Source of the DNA: Candidatus Zhuqueibacterota bacterium
Lineage (GTDB): Bacteria > Zhuqueibacterota > Zhuqueibacteria > Thermofontimicrobiales > Thermofontimicrobiaceae
Direction: 5' to 3'
Assembly: GCA_049322915.1 (NCBI GenBank)
Contig: JBMOPW010000034.1
Coordinates: 128,001-192,000, forward strand
DNA: 64,000 nt
In this document: positions 1 to 10,618 of the stretch, one piece after another
Numbering within the stretch: position 1 is the stretch's first letter
Layout: each line of letters starts with the position of its first letter
Notes under the pieces: model-generated
Told to the model about the DNA's origin: nothing
Database searches by the model: none
Seen by the model: the letters and a program-made list of their open reading frames with translations, nothing else
Made by a program: the position numbers and the translations under genes

Positions 1-1
1 A

Positions 2-925
2 GAATCCGAACTGAAGCGGCTGCATAACCGTGAAATCAAGCTGTCTGAAATGTACATCGTCTATTGGGAATACATCGAGAAGGTCCGACGTTTCGTCCGT
101 GAAAAGGGCGAATCCCATGTCTCCGAAGGCTCCGAACATAACGCGGCCATTGATCGTATGCGTCAGTACGGACTGGTTCGCGCCTCGGATTATAGCGGGC
201 TCGTTGCCGGAAAAGACAAGCACAACCACTCCCTTCTTATCAAAGAAATTGAACTCTATTTAAAATATATTCAGGCTAACGAAATTTGGGAAGAGGACCA
301 GGTCATCGAATACGTTAAATCCATTCTGAATAAGCATCTTGGAGCGCCCCCGGGAACGATTGTCGTGGATGAACAATCCATGTCCCCATTGGACTACCTG
401 AAGAATGTCCTCAAACTGAATCCTGATGATTATGTCGCATTCATGTCCTTGATGTACACGCCGTTTTACACACAGGATGAATTCCAGGTCCCGGATAACT
501 GGTGGCATAGCAAAGAATACTACAACGTACCACTTGACGAATTCTATAACGCAATTTACACCGCAGTGCAAAACGGCTACACCGTTGCCCTGGGCGGCGA
601 CGTATCCGAGGTGGGCAAGAACGGCGAACTGGATGTGGCCTTCATCCCTGATTTTGATATTCCATCCAAAAATATAAATCAATCGGCTCGGGAATTTCGC
701 TTCAGGAACAAAACGTCTCAGGACGACCATGCAATCCATCTCGTTGGCTATACAAAAAAGGATAATCATACCTGGTTCCTGATCAAAGACTCATCCCGCA
801 GCGGACATCAGGGCAAGCTAAAGGGATATTTCATGTACCGCGATGATTATGTCAAATTGAAAATGCTGAATTTCCTGACCCATCGGGATGCGGTTAAAGA
901 ACTACTGATGAAATTTGAAAAATAA
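2..925 (+). CDS. C1-family cysteine aminopeptidase (PepC/bleomycin hydrolase-like), 5' truncated by the window edge
   Basis: Frame is open from base 2 (ESELKRLHNREIKLSEMY); DDHAIHLVG and WFLIKDS match the catalytic His and Asn-region motifs of C1 peptidases. Confidence 0.75.
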   Translation, partial: ESELKRLHNREIKLSEMYIVYWEYIEKVRRFVREKGESHVSEGSEHNAAIDRMRQYGLVRASDYSGLVAGKDKHNHSLLIKEIELYLKYIQANEIWEEDQVIEYVKSILNKHLGAPPGTIVVDEQSMSPLDYLKNVLKLNPDDYVAFMSLMYTPFYTQDEFQVPDNWWHSKEYYNVPLDEFYNAIYTAVQNGYTVALGGDVSEVGKNGELDVAFIPDFDIPSKNINQSAREFRFRNKTSQDDHAIHLVGYTKKDNHTWFLIKDSSRSGHQGKLKGYFMYRDDYVKLKMLNFLTHRDAVKELLMKFEK

Positions 926-995
926 TCTGATCGAATAAATCGAGTGAACATTATTGCCGGGGAACATCTCTCCGGCTTTTTTCTTTGAGGATAGT

Positions 996-3900
996 ATGCA
1001 GATGCTCGGAAACATGTTGAAAAACCTGAAGAAATGGTGCGCTATTATTTCTCCATTGATCTTCATTCTGTTGATTGTTCTTCTTTCATGCAAGGATCGG
1101 ACTGCATTTGACGAGGACAAAGAAATGATCCCTGAACTCGACCATCTGGCCATCGACATGAACCCAGACTATGCCCGACCGTTTGTCTTCACCAATCGGG
1201 AGGCTGCATTCTTCTATGGTCAGGCCAATGATCAGCGCAGAGATGGGCACCAGGGATTTTATGTAAATGCCATCCGATACATTGATGATTATCTGCTAAA
1301 GGCCGATGGGGCATTGCTGGACAGAAAGCGCGCCCAAAAAGTGTCGGTGTATCCGGATCGGATCCATCGCGTATTTCCGGGTGACATTGCCGAGAGTCTG
1401 TATATGATCGATATGATGAACTGCTTTGTGTTGGAGTTAACCGCCCGGGATGTCCATCAGTTTGAACTGTTCCCACTGCTCTCGTCCGCGTTCGAACATG
1501 CTGAACACCAGGCCAAATGGCTCGCCGGTGAAAACATGCTGCTCCTTTTCCCTGAAAAATTGGGTTCAACGCCAACAGAGGCCGGCATTGTGGGAATAAA
1601 GTTCGATTGCGAGGCAACCTATCATCCGGAGAAGAAAGACACGCTGCTGAGCGCGATTCCCTCGCATGCCATTGGCTCGGTGACTTGTTCAACAAAAAGC
1701 TGCAAGATATTTTTCGTGGTGGGGCAAAATGAGGACGAGGTGAAGCAAACAGGTCAGCGGTTGAAGAACCACAGCCACGAATACATCCAGCAGAAAAAAC
1801 AGCGGCTCATTGATTTACTTTCCCGGAATTATGTCGAGACCAGCATTCCGGAATTCAATCACGCGTTTCGGTGGGCATTGATTTCCATGGATCAGCTCAT
1901 CATGCGCCAACCCGGGGCTGGAAAAGAAGTCACTGGCATTTTTGCCGGTCTCCCGTGGTTCAACAATTACTGGGGCCGGGATACATTCATTTCTCTGCCG
2001 GGGGCGGCGCTGGTCACTGGCCGACTGGAAGAGGCGCGCCAGATACTCCTGTCGTTCGCCCAGTTCCAGAGTCAGGATGAAACGAGCACCAATTTTGGGC
2101 GCATCCCCAATCAGGTCACCACGAACAATATCATTTACAATACCGCTGATGGCACGCCGTGGTTCGTCCGGGAACTCTGGGAATATTATCTTTATTCCGG
2201 CGATAAAGAGCTGCTGCGCTCGCTCTATGATGTGGTGAAATTTTCCATTCAGGGCACACTGAGGTATCACGTCGATGAAAATTTATTTCTGGTCCACGAA
2301 GATGCCGAGACATGGATGGATGCTGTTGGAACAGAGGGACCCTGGTCGCCGCGCGGGAATCGTGCAGTGGACGTTCAGGCGCTGTGGTATCAGCAGTTGG
2401 CTGCAGGCAGCAAAATCGCCCACTGCCTCGGCGATTCCATTCGCGCTGACGAGTGGGACAAGTTAGCTGCCGGGTTGAAGAGTCGATTCCTTTCTGCTTA
2501 TTGGAATAAAAAACGGATGTCGCTTTACGACCATCTGAACGCCGACAACACCCCTGACGCTCTTATTCGGCCCAATCAAATTTTTGCCATCACCATTCCC
2601 GACTCGCCGCTGATGAGTCCGCATCAGGAATTGGCCGTACTTCGCGAGGTCGTGACAAAATTGACCTATCGCTACGGCGTTGCTTCGCTGTGGCAGCACG
2701 ATCCGAATTTTCATCCGTACCACATCCTGCCCGAAGCCTATCCCAAAGACGAAGCTTATCACAACGGTACAGTCTGGGGCTGGTTGGCCGGTCCCGTCAT
2801 CACCAGTTTGATGAAGTATGGATATTCTGACCTCAGCTTCGAATTGCTTTTCTCGGAATCATTCCAGATTACGAATTGGGGAGCAGCGGGCGCGTTATCC
2901 GAATTGCTCAATGCCATTCCACCTGAAGGCTGGGATATCCCGGAGACGTCCGGCACTGTCACGCAGGCATGGAGTCTGGCCGAATACATACGCAATGTGT
3001 ATCAGGATGTGATTGGCATTCACCCCAATGTGCCGGAGCGGAAAATTCGAATTGCTCCGCACCTTCCGGGCGCCATGGAATATCTGAGTTGCAAAATTCC
3101 TGTACCGGATAGTGAACTGAAGTTGAGTATTGAACAGAACCAGACGGAATGCATTTATAAATTGAGCTATGCAAAGGGCAAATCCCCGTGGAAAATTGAG
3201 TTTGAACACCCGGTCTCTCCCACGACAAAGAGCGTTTTTTCTTACGACTTGCGTTCCGACGATACGCTCACAGCCCACATTTCATTCATTCACCCGGAAA
3301 CCGTTGCGCTCAATGGCCAGCGCGTTGAAACGCAGATCAATCGCGTTGAATTGGACGAATCGCTTTTCGGTTATCTGTCATTTGCTTTCCCGCAGTTGGA
3401 CAAAAATCTGAACTATCTGAAACCTCTGCCCTATCCTCTGTTGACTGGCGCGCAGATTAAATCGTGGAATCCGACTGCAAAGAAGCTATGTGACCTGGAA
3501 TGTCCAGAGCGCGATGATACAGGTCCAAATGGCAAATATACCTACCCGACTGGCTCATTTTTCAAAGAAGGCATTTTCGACCTGACCAAATTTCAATTTC
3601 TCGAAGACGAGAGAAATTATTATTTTAAATTGCGCTTCCGCGAGCTTGTCCAGCCTGGATGGCATCCGGAATATGGCTTTCAACTGACGTTCGCTGCCAT
3701 CGCGATAAACCAGGGACTGGCTGTTCCTGGCTCGGTGAAAATCGGCAGGAACGCCAATGAGCTTCTGCCCCCAAATTTTGCATATCACGCAATTATTTAC
3801 ATCGGCGGCGGCATTCAGATGGAAGATAATGCCGGCGCAATTATTTTGGCGCATCGACCGCACGACATTCAATTCAGACTGGGCGATATTCTGAACAAAG

Positions 3901-4151
3901 AAGTCTCGTTTTCGATTCCCAAAAATTATTTCAGGACTTCGCCTGAAACATGGAAAATTGCCATACTTGTCGGTGGGCAGGATGACCACGGCGGCAGCGG
4001 ACTTGGTGAATTCAGGTCGGTGGTGAAAGAAGCGAATGCCTGGCAAGGCGGCGGTGGAGCAGAGCAGACTGGCAATTCCAATGTCTACGATTCAGTTTTC
4101 ATTGACATGAAAAATAAAAAACCAGTCAGCGTTGCCCTGCACAGGCAATGA
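996..4151 (+). CDS. Amylo-alpha-1,6-glucosidase / glycogen debranching enzyme-like lipoprotein with a C-terminal glucodextranase DOMON-like domain
   Basis: AGLPWFNNYWGRDTFISLPG, YNTADGTPWF, YHNGTVWGW, QAWS motifs; C-terminal DDTGPNGKYTYPT..FDL; hydrophobic leader ending LLSC; GAGGA before ATG 996. Confidence 0.8.
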   Translation: MQMLGNMLKNLKKWCAIISPLIFILLIVLLSCKDRTAFDEDKEMIPELDHLAIDMNPDYARPFVFTNREAAFFYGQANDQRRDGHQGFYVNAIRYIDDYLLKADGALLDRKRAQKVSVYPDRIHRVFPGDIAESLYMIDMMNCFVLELTARDVHQFELFPLLSSAFEHAEHQAKWLAGENMLLLFPEKLGSTPTEAGIVGIKFDCEATYHPEKKDTLLSAIPSHAIGSVTCSTKSCKIFFVVGQNEDEVKQTGQRLKNHSHEYIQQKKQRLIDLLSRNYVETSIPEFNHAFRWALISMDQLIMRQPGAGKEVTGIFAGLPWFNNYWGRDTFISLPGAALVTGRLEEARQILLSFAQFQSQDETSTNFGRIPNQVTTNNIIYNTADGTPWFVRELWEYYLYSGDKELLRSLYDVVKFSIQGTLRYHVDENLFLVHEDAETWMDAVGTEGPWSPRGNRAVDVQALWYQQLAAGSKIAHCLGDSIRADEWDKLAAGLKSRFLSAYWNKKRMSLYDHLNADNTPDALIRPNQIFAITIPDSPLMSPHQELAVLREVVTKLTYRYGVASLWQHDPNFHPYHILPEAYPKDEAYHNGTVWGWLAGPVITSLMKYGYSDLSFELLFSESFQITNWGAAGALSELLNAIPPEGWDIPETSGTVTQAWSLAEYIRNVYQDVIGIHPNVPERKIRIAPHLPGAMEYLSCKIPVPDSELKLSIEQNQTECIYKLSYAKGKSPWKIEFEHPVSPTTKSVFSYDLRSDDTLTAHISFIHPETVALNGQRVETQINRVELDESLFGYLSFAFPQLDKNLNYLKPLPYPLLTGAQIKSWNPTAKKLCDLECPERDDTGPNGKYTYPTGSFFKEGIFDLTKFQFLEDERNYYFKLRFRELVQPGWHPEYGFQLTFAAIAINQGLAVPGSVKIGRNANELLPPNFAYHAIIYIGGGIQMEDNAGAIILAHRPHDIQFRLGDILNKEVSFSIPKNYFRTSPETWKIAILVGGQDDHGGSGLGEFRSVVKEANAWQGGGGAEQTGNSNVYDSVFIDMKNKKPVSVALHRQ

Positions 4152-4207
4152 TTGAAAATCACCTCAACTATTTGAATTAACTGATACTATTATCACCCTT
4201 ATTTAAC

Positions 4208-4236
4208 TTGACTTTTTCACGAAAAATTGTTAGAAT
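4208..4236 (+). promoter_or_regulatory. sigma70-like promoter TTGACT-17-TAGAAT
   Basis: Near-consensus hexamers with 17-bp spacing. Confidence 0.5.
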
Positions 4237-4267
4237 CTCCCTGTAATCAATTTTCCCCTTATCCAAT

Positions 4268-4312
4268 AAAAGCCAATCCTGAAACACCCTATTCAGAATT
4301 GGCTTTTTATTT
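4268..4312. terminator. Bidirectional intrinsic terminator between convergent genes
   Basis: aaaagccaat-cctgaa / ttcaga-attggctttt stem with A and T tracts. Confidence 0.65.
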
Positions 4313-4347
4313 TTAAACAGAATTTTTTCCTGTATAACTGACTTCTG

Positions 4348-7300
4348 CTACTTCAACATCAGCATTTTTCGAGTTAAAATATTTTGATCGTTTTTCAAGA
4401 CGATCAAATAGATACCGCTTGCGGCATAGTCGCCAGCGCCGTCCTTTCCATCCCATCGCGTTTTATAATATCCGGGTCGCTGATATGTATCGACCAGGGT
4501 TCTCACCTGCTGACCCAGCACATTGAAAATGCGAATCTCAACCTGTCCCGCGCGATGGATACCGTATTGGATTTCTGTGACCGGATTGAATGGATTGGGA
4601 TAATTCTGCTCCAGTTCAATGGTCACAGGAAGAATAGACGCCCTTTCTGGTATTCCGCTGGCCGGCGCCGTGATGCGCAGAGATACCGGAATGAAATGGG
4701 TGTTTGTTCTTTCCTGATTCGTCTGCACCACAATGTTCGTGAAAAATGTGGTGTCCGGAGCCGTCGCATAAAATTTGATCGGCAGTGTGAATTGATCGCC
4801 GGGGTAAAGCGTGTCCGGCGCGGTGGGACACGTCATCCAGAGGCCGCTGCCAGTGATGAGTTTCATGGCAATGGGAATGGAACTCATCATTTTAAATGTG
4901 ATGACGTCCGAAGGGGGCGCGCCGGTTAAATTGAACGAGCTGCTGAGGACTGTTCCGTAATCGAAAGATAACGGCACAGCCTCGCTCATTCGCGCGACCT
5001 GGGCAGTGCCAATCCAACTGGCCCCCATGTAGTAATATTTTTCAGCGCGCAGATCGCATTCCATTATGAACGGTGCGCGCCATCCGCTGCCAGTTTGCCG
5101 GATGAGCGCCTGGCTTTCTGCAATTCGCCGATAGTCTCCGTACAGTGAATCGCTCTCATAAATGGAAAAATAGAGCACTGCCCCGCTGTCCGCTTTGAAA
5201 TAGCACTGCATCCCCAGGATGTGGCAGTCCTCGACTTGATACACGATATTTCCAATGCCATTTTTCAGGGGCAGCCACCAGCTTTCGGCCATCGTTCCAA
5301 TGGCCAATTCTTCCTGAATGGGATTCCCGAATTTATAAATCAATCGACCGTAGCCGCTATTCCGGATTTCAACTGCCAGCGACAGGCTATCGTCCAGGGT
5401 TTCGATTGTCGCGTTAATGGAGTCCGGCGAAAAATCGAAAATTGGATTTCCCTGTTCCACTTCAGCGGAGTAATCGAACGCCGTGGTGTCGCCAGTTGCG
5501 CTCAGCTCAATCGTGTACGGTATCACCTGGCCATCTTCGCACCGGGGAGAGACTGCGAATGCAAATGCGGGCAGTGTGATGTCCTGATTGGATGCGATGT
5601 CTCCAATGATCGCCACGCTGTCCTGGAGGGCAATGTCCGGGTGGGCCAATTTCAATTCAGCCTGAACGTGAGAGGCGGTGCCGATTCCAATATTTTTCAC
5701 CGTCACGGGCAGAAGGATGTGTTCGCCCATGTTCAGCTTCCGGTCATTATTGCCCTGGCTATCATCCACACTCAGTACATGGCAGATCAATTTGACATTG
5801 GCAGAGCCGACCATGAAATAAACGGGCACCTGAATGCTGTCGTTATTGGCATCGTTGGACGAGATGATAAAATTGCAGAAATAGGTTGTATCGGCGTGGG
5901 TGGCTTTCAGAGTGACAGGAATGACTGTCGACTCCCCGGGCAGAAGCGTATTCTCTTCGGACGAATAGTTCAACCATGTTCCAGTGCCGGTCTCGATCTT
6001 CTGAACAAATGCGATCAATTTGGAAAAAGTCTGGTTGAAGTTATCTGCCGGCGGAGCGCCCCCGAAATTCAGCGTGCCGGTGGCGACATTGCCCAGAGAA
6101 AAATCGAATGGCGGCACCTGCAACGCGCGACAGACCTGCGCATCTCCCCCGGTCGAGCTGACGCCGAGACAGTAATACTTATCCTTACTCAGTTTTATAT
6201 TGAAAACGTCCGACCAGATAGTGGCTTCGCCGGCCTCCGAGACTGATTGAGCCAATTCGCCGATTTTATGAAATTGGCCGGTCATGTTCTCCCCTTCGTA
6301 AATGACAAAGAAAAGCTGAACCGGCGAAATGATATTCATGAAGCAACCGAAACGGAGCATATTGATATCATCGGCAAATGTGTAGACATTGCCGGCGCCT
6401 TCCGGTATCGTGGCCCACCATTTGGTGCCGCTGTCACCGACATCGACGTTCATTCGGCCTTCCTCGTTGGCAGTGAATGTGAGAGCGCCGAAGCCATTGT
6501 TTTTGATCTGCAAATCGATCTGAAGGGAATCGCTCGCGCTGGCCACCCGGTCGGCAATGAAAGTCGGCGACACGGCGATTTCAGGATTGCCCTGCACCAC
6601 AGTAAAATCCAGTGGAAATGAATAGTGAAATTCTTCGCCGGCAGAGACATCAATCCACATGGCCACCCGATGTTTTGACGGGCAAGAGTTGCTAACGCGG
6701 AAGGAAAGCGAGGTGAGCGTGAATTTTTCATTAGCGCCGAGATTCAATACGGCTGCGAAGTCTTCCAGCAGCGTGATGAGCGAATCGCTGCACATCAATT
6801 TGAACGAAATCGGCTCTGTAATTGCCGGGCCCATATTATTCAGATCCAGTGACCAATAAATCATTTCGCCGCTGTTGATCGCCGCGTCAGAATTCTGGTC
6901 GATGAAGTTCACCTTGTTGATGATGATGGAAAGGCCTTGTGGAGCGTACACTTTTATGTCAGCTATGTATGGCCTGAAATTCGGCTTTGTCACGCACAGC
7001 GTCACCGGTTCGCCGGAATGGATGGGCACAAATTCCAGTGCAGCGAATCCGGTTTCAGTTGAAATGGCGGTCGCCAGAATTTCCCCCTGTTGAACCAGGG
7101 TGACGACTGCGTTCGCTTCACCCAGTTGAAAGACGAGTTCAGTCTGGTTATAAAAAAGGCTATCAGGGCGATCAACACTCATCTGCTGCGGCAGTTTGGT
7201 CCAAATGGAACTGGCCGGATCGCCGTAATAGTGAAATTCCTCGAACTCCACAAGCCGCGTTTCGGTCCTGGAATACTGATTGGCCATGTACAGTTTTCCA

Positions 7301-9162
7301 TAATTCAATACCTGGCCCAGGTGAACTATGGGCTCAGCCGGCGTATCCGGCGGTTGAAAGGACAGAAATTGCGGCCAGATTGCATCGAAGAAGCCTTTGG
7401 CAAGCGCATCATTGTAGCCGCTGTAGCTGACTCGCGTCGAGCCGAAAACGCCAACTGCGCCGCCTTTGTAGTTACGCAGCCAGAATTCGACGAAGCATTC
7501 GGAAGTTTTCCCGGTGCCGGTGATGTCATCGTCCGTCTCGTTATCGAACCAGCCGGTATTGCAATTGGTGCTGAAAACCACCGGCAGCTTATCGCCATTG
7601 GACAAATTCTTCACGTCTCCGTTGATGTAACGGGGCTCCCCCCAGCCGTCGCGGCCGCCATGATCGCGATGCGTCACCAGAAAACAACCCCGATTGATTG
7701 CGCCGGAAATATCGTTGGCATTTCCGTCCCAGGCAAAACCGGAGCTGCGCAGCAGTTCCGAAGGAATCGGCTGGCCCGATGCGTAGTCGCCATCATTGTA
7801 ATGGGTTGGAGTGACTTCTGACTCGGCAAAATAAATACGGCTCACCGAATATTCCTGCAAAAGCAGAAAATTCCTGATCTCTTCGGTGGTCAGCACGAAC
7901 CGTCGGTCTTCGTAACCATCCCGTTCATTTAAATTGGGCGTATCCGGATCGTCGTCGTCCTGGAAATAGGCAGCAGCCTCCACGTGAGTGTAAAACTCCG
8001 CGTCAGAAATTGGATTCCGCTCATACCCGATAATTTTCCGAACGAACATTTTAGCATCCGTGCCGGTATCCACGGCGATCCGACCCGCGATGAGGTCCGG
8101 GAAATAATCCGATCCATCGAGGGTCGTGTAATACAGGTCGGTCCCGATTTTTCCGTTATCCTCGCTGGGGTGGTCAGTGACATAATTCGTCGGGATGAAT
8201 TCCGCGTCGCCCAGAAACAGAACGAACGAGGGAACCGGGCTCCACGTGTCATAGGCCGATTGGATATAGCGCCGAATGGCCTCAGCCGTATTGCCGAGAT
8301 CCTCGACGAGCGCGACTTTGGCGTCCCAGCCGCACATTTTTCGCCACAGCGCCAGCGAATCCGCCGCCGGCCTGAACTCATTTCGGGTGATGATGAGATA
8401 GTCGCATCCATAAATTTCTTTGGAGTGCGGTGCATTTTCAGTCGATCGGGACATCGCTTCTGTTACAACATCCCAGTTAACGACAAGGCGTTGCAGCATG
8501 GCATCAAAATGGCGGGAGCGAAGTCGCGGCTCAATTTCAGGGGCGGACGCGCTTTCAAAACTGACTTCCACTTCCAGCCGCGTCGCCACTCTGGCTTTTC
8601 GCGCGACCGGATTAAACTGAATCGGTGCGATTCGCAAAAGGGCAAGCCGGAGACCGCGCACCGTCCCGTCGGATTCTATCCATGCCGGGGTTTGCGGGAA
8701 ATAATCATTCGATTGATAAACAGCCTGATCGTAATTCAACTTCCGGACATTTGTCCTGGCTGATTCCGGTTGGGGCAGTTTCGCCGGCGGGATAAACATG
8801 CCCTCCAATTCCGTGAACTCCATTTTCAGGATTCGCACCGCCACCGTTGCGTTCGAAGGCACTGCGATGAATTTTCCCAAAACAGGCAGGGCTGGCTGCC
8901 CCGGCATATCGTTTTCGCTGAAGCCATCGATGGTCAATTTTGTGAAATTCGTGTCACCTGTTTGGCTTTCCATCGCATTCACAGACGGTATCTCGACAAT
9001 GAACGTGATGGAAGCGCTCGTCATTTCTGTGGCGTGTACGGAACTGACCCTGGTGAGACCGCCAGGTAGCAATGGAATAATCCGATCCTTTGCAGGCAGG
9101 ATGGAAAAAACCAGGATGAGTTGCCAGAAAATCAAGGTATGAATCAACCAAACTTTTTTCAT
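4348..9162 (-). CDS. Secreted C25 (gingipain-like) cysteine peptidase with propeptide, two internal repeats and a C-terminal sorting/FlgD-like domain
   Basis: Signal peptide MKKVWLIH...; LFLGDAEFIP, HRDHG and STNCNTG (His/Cys dyad), YYGDP; C-terminal LEQNYPNPFNP...TRKMLMLK. Confidence 0.85.
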   Translation of the reverse strand: MKKVWLIHTLIFWQLILVFSILPAKDRIIPLLPGGLTRVSSVHATEMTSASITFIVEIPSVNAMESQTGDTNFTKLTIDGFSENDMPGQPALPVLGKFIAVPSNATVAVRILKMEFTELEGMFIPPAKLPQPESARTNVRKLNYDQAVYQSNDYFPQTPAWIESDGTVRGLRLALLRIAPIQFNPVARKARVATRLEVEVSFESASAPEIEPRLRSRHFDAMLQRLVVNWDVVTEAMSRSTENAPHSKEIYGCDYLIITRNEFRPAADSLALWRKMCGWDAKVALVEDLGNTAEAIRRYIQSAYDTWSPVPSFVLFLGDAEFIPTNYVTDHPSEDNGKIGTDLYYTTLDGSDYFPDLIAGRIAVDTGTDAKMFVRKIIGYERNPISDAEFYTHVEAAAYFQDDDDPDTPNLNERDGYEDRRFVLTTEEIRNFLLLQEYSVSRIYFAESEVTPTHYNDGDYASGQPIPSELLRSSGFAWDGNANDISGAINRGCFLVTHRDHGGRDGWGEPRYINGDVKNLSNGDKLPVVFSTNCNTGWFDNETDDDITGTGKTSECFVEFWLRNYKGGAVGVFGSTRVSYSGYNDALAKGFFDAIWPQFLSFQPPDTPAEPIVHLGQVLNYGKLYMANQYSRTETRLVEFEEFHYYGDPASSIWTKLPQQMSVDRPDSLFYNQTELVFQLGEANAVVTLVQQGEILATAISTETGFAALEFVPIHSGEPVTLCVTKPNFRPYIADIKVYAPQGLSIIINKVNFIDQNSDAAINSGEMIYWSLDLNNMGPAITEPISFKLMCSDSLITLLEDFAAVLNLGANEKFTLTSLSFRVSNSCPSKHRVAMWIDVSAGEEFHYSFPLDFTVVQGNPEIAVSPTFIADRVASASDSLQIDLQIKNNGFGALTFTANEEGRMNVDVGDSGTKWWATIPEGAGNVYTFADDINMLRFGCFMNIISPVQLFFVIYEGENMTGQFHKIGELAQSVSEAGEATIWSDVFNIKLSKDKYYCLGVSSTGGDAQVCRALQVPPFDFSLGNVATGTLNFGGAPPADNFNQTFSKLIAFVQKIETGTGTWLNYSSEENTLLPGESTVIPVTLKATHADTTYFCNFIISSNDANNDSIQVPVYFMVGSANVKLICHVLSVDDSQGNNDRKLNMGEHILLPVTVKNIGIGTASHVQAELKLAHPDIALQDSVAIIGDIASNQDITLPAFAFAVSPRCEDGQVIPYTIELSATGDTTAFDYSAEVEQGNPIFDFSPDSINATIETLDDSLSLAVEIRNSGYGRLIYKFGNPIQEELAIGTMAESWWLPLKNGIGNIVYQVEDCHILGMQCYFKADSGAVLYFSIYESDSLYGDYRRIAESQALIRQTGSGWRAPFIMECDLRAEKYYYMGASWIGTAQVARMSEAVPLSFDYGTVLSSSFNLTGAPPSDVITFKMMSSIPIAMKLITGSGLWMTCPTAPDTLYPGDQFTLPIKFYATAPDTTFFTNIVVQTNQERTNTHFIPVSLRITAPASGIPERASILPVTIELEQNYPNPFNPVTEIQYGIHRAGQVEIRIFNVLGQQVRTLVDTYQRPGYYKTRWDGKDGAGDYAASGIYLIVLKNDQNILTRKMLMLK

Positions 9163-9172
9163 GAAACGGCTC

Positions 9173-10618
9173 CTATAAGTAAATGCTTTTTTCATTGAAA
9201 ATCGAATCGTCAGCGAAGTAGCGCGCCAATATTTCAAGACAGTGGTTGACGCTGCCGATTCGATCGACATCGATGTGATTCACCGAAACAGCATGCGCCG
9301 AAAACCAGCGCCAGATAATTTCGATTTGCTCAACTGTCAGTTCGCTTTCCGACGATTCAACGGGCTGCGATAGCCAGACAAGCCGGGATTCGATCATGCC
9401 CCAGTCCGGATGGAACCGATCAATTTCCAGCGACTGAGCCGCCTTTGATCCAGCGACAAAATAGAGGACAATGTGCGGCTCGATGGCGGCTGGAAGCAAT
9501 AGGACGAGCCGCCCGGATGCAACGGGCTGCGCGCCCGACGAATGAACTTCAAGCTGGGTGTTGATCTTCGGCCCGAATTGATGAATATACTTGTTCTCCA
9601 GCAGCAGCGCTTCCAGTTCCGAGCCGGTCGGTTCATAGACAAGATCGAAAATAGACGACTGAATGAGCGCTGTCTTCTCGTCGTTTCGCTGCCGCTGAAT
9701 AAAATAACTTCCCACTCGGGATTTGAGGCTCTTCGATTTCCCAACATAAATCACCGTATCCGATTTATCCTTCATCAGATAGACGCCGGGCGAATCAGGT
9801 AAACTGCGGAGATAGTCCCGGTCGAAATTATATCCCGAAAAATCGACCAGGATTTCTTTTTCTTGAATGAAGTCTTCCAACTGTTGCAGGGTTCGCAACC
9901 CATTCGTTTGCAGCGCATCGAACAGCGTGCTCATTATCTCATGCATGAGCGTCAAACGGCTGGGCAGCGTCAACGGCACTGGTATTGTGATCTGAAAATG
10001 CTCAGCGATCGTTTCAAGCGTGGTTGATTTGACATCGGGATTCCATTTTCGAATGGCATTTTTCAGATGAATGGACTCAAATTCATGCTCGATTCCCGAA
10101 TGATAATTCAGTCGAAATTTGAAATCATTTTCCACTCTTTGAGAGAGGCACACTGACGCCTTTGAGCTGTGAAGGTCATGAAGCACTGAAGGGACTTCCT
10201 GTTCAAATCGTCGGGAAACGCCTTCGAGCAGCGGGCTGGCGCTGATTGCGCGCAACAGATTTTCATTAAGATCGAGCGGCGGTTGGATGGCGCAGATTGA
10301 CTGCTGCGCAATTTTGGACTGGTCAATCCGTACGTATCCGAACAGCAGAGGGACAACGATTTTATTCAGGGTTACATATTCAAAGTCGTAAACGACGTAG
10401 CTCATTTCAGCGAGTGAAACATCCTGGCGCTGGCTTTTAACGCTCCACATGCCGGCTTCGTCGCGCACAAAGCGGCCATCCTGGTTCAGCATCGAATGGA
10501 CTATTTTTTCCATGTGCGCCGGATACTCACTTCCCGTGCGAAAAAAATGTGAAATGATTTCCTGAGAGGACACGCTCGCCCCTTTTTGCGCCAGATATTT
10601 ATAGATTTTTTCTTTCAT
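9173..10618 (-). CDS. GIY-YIG (UvrC-like) nuclease fused to a degenerate DnaQ-like N-terminal domain
   Basis: PDSPGVYLM...VIYVGKSKSLKSRVGSYF...ELEALLLE; YVVYDFE in the N-terminal part. Confidence 0.75.
   Translation of the reverse strand: MKEKIYKYLAQKGASVSSQEIISHFFRTGSEYPAHMEKIVHSMLNQDGRFVRDEAGMWSVKSQRQDVSLAEMSYVVYDFEYVTLNKIVVPLLFGYVRIDQSKIAQQSICAIQPPLDLNENLLRAISASPLLEGVSRRFEQEVPSVLHDLHSSKASVCLSQRVENDFKFRLNYHSGIEHEFESIHLKNAIRKWNPDVKSTTLETIAEHFQITIPVPLTLPSRLTLMHEIMSTLFDALQTNGLRTLQQLEDFIQEKEILVDFSGYNFDRDYLRSLPDSPGVYLMKDKSDTVIYVGKSKSLKSRVGSYFIQRQRNDEKTALIQSSIFDLVYEPTGSELEALLLENKYIHQFGPKINTQLEVHSSGAQPVASGRLVLLLPAAIEPHIVLYFVAGSKAAQSLEIDRFHPDWGMIESRLVWLSQPVESSESELTVEQIEIIWRWFSAHAVSVNHIDVDRIGSVNHCLEILARYFADDSIFNEKSIYL

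Noticed and set aside
4384..9142. Long plus-strand ORFs opposite the C25 gene (and similar shadows opposite other genes)
   Set aside because: Antisense shadows of a well-supported gene, with no motifs or RBS
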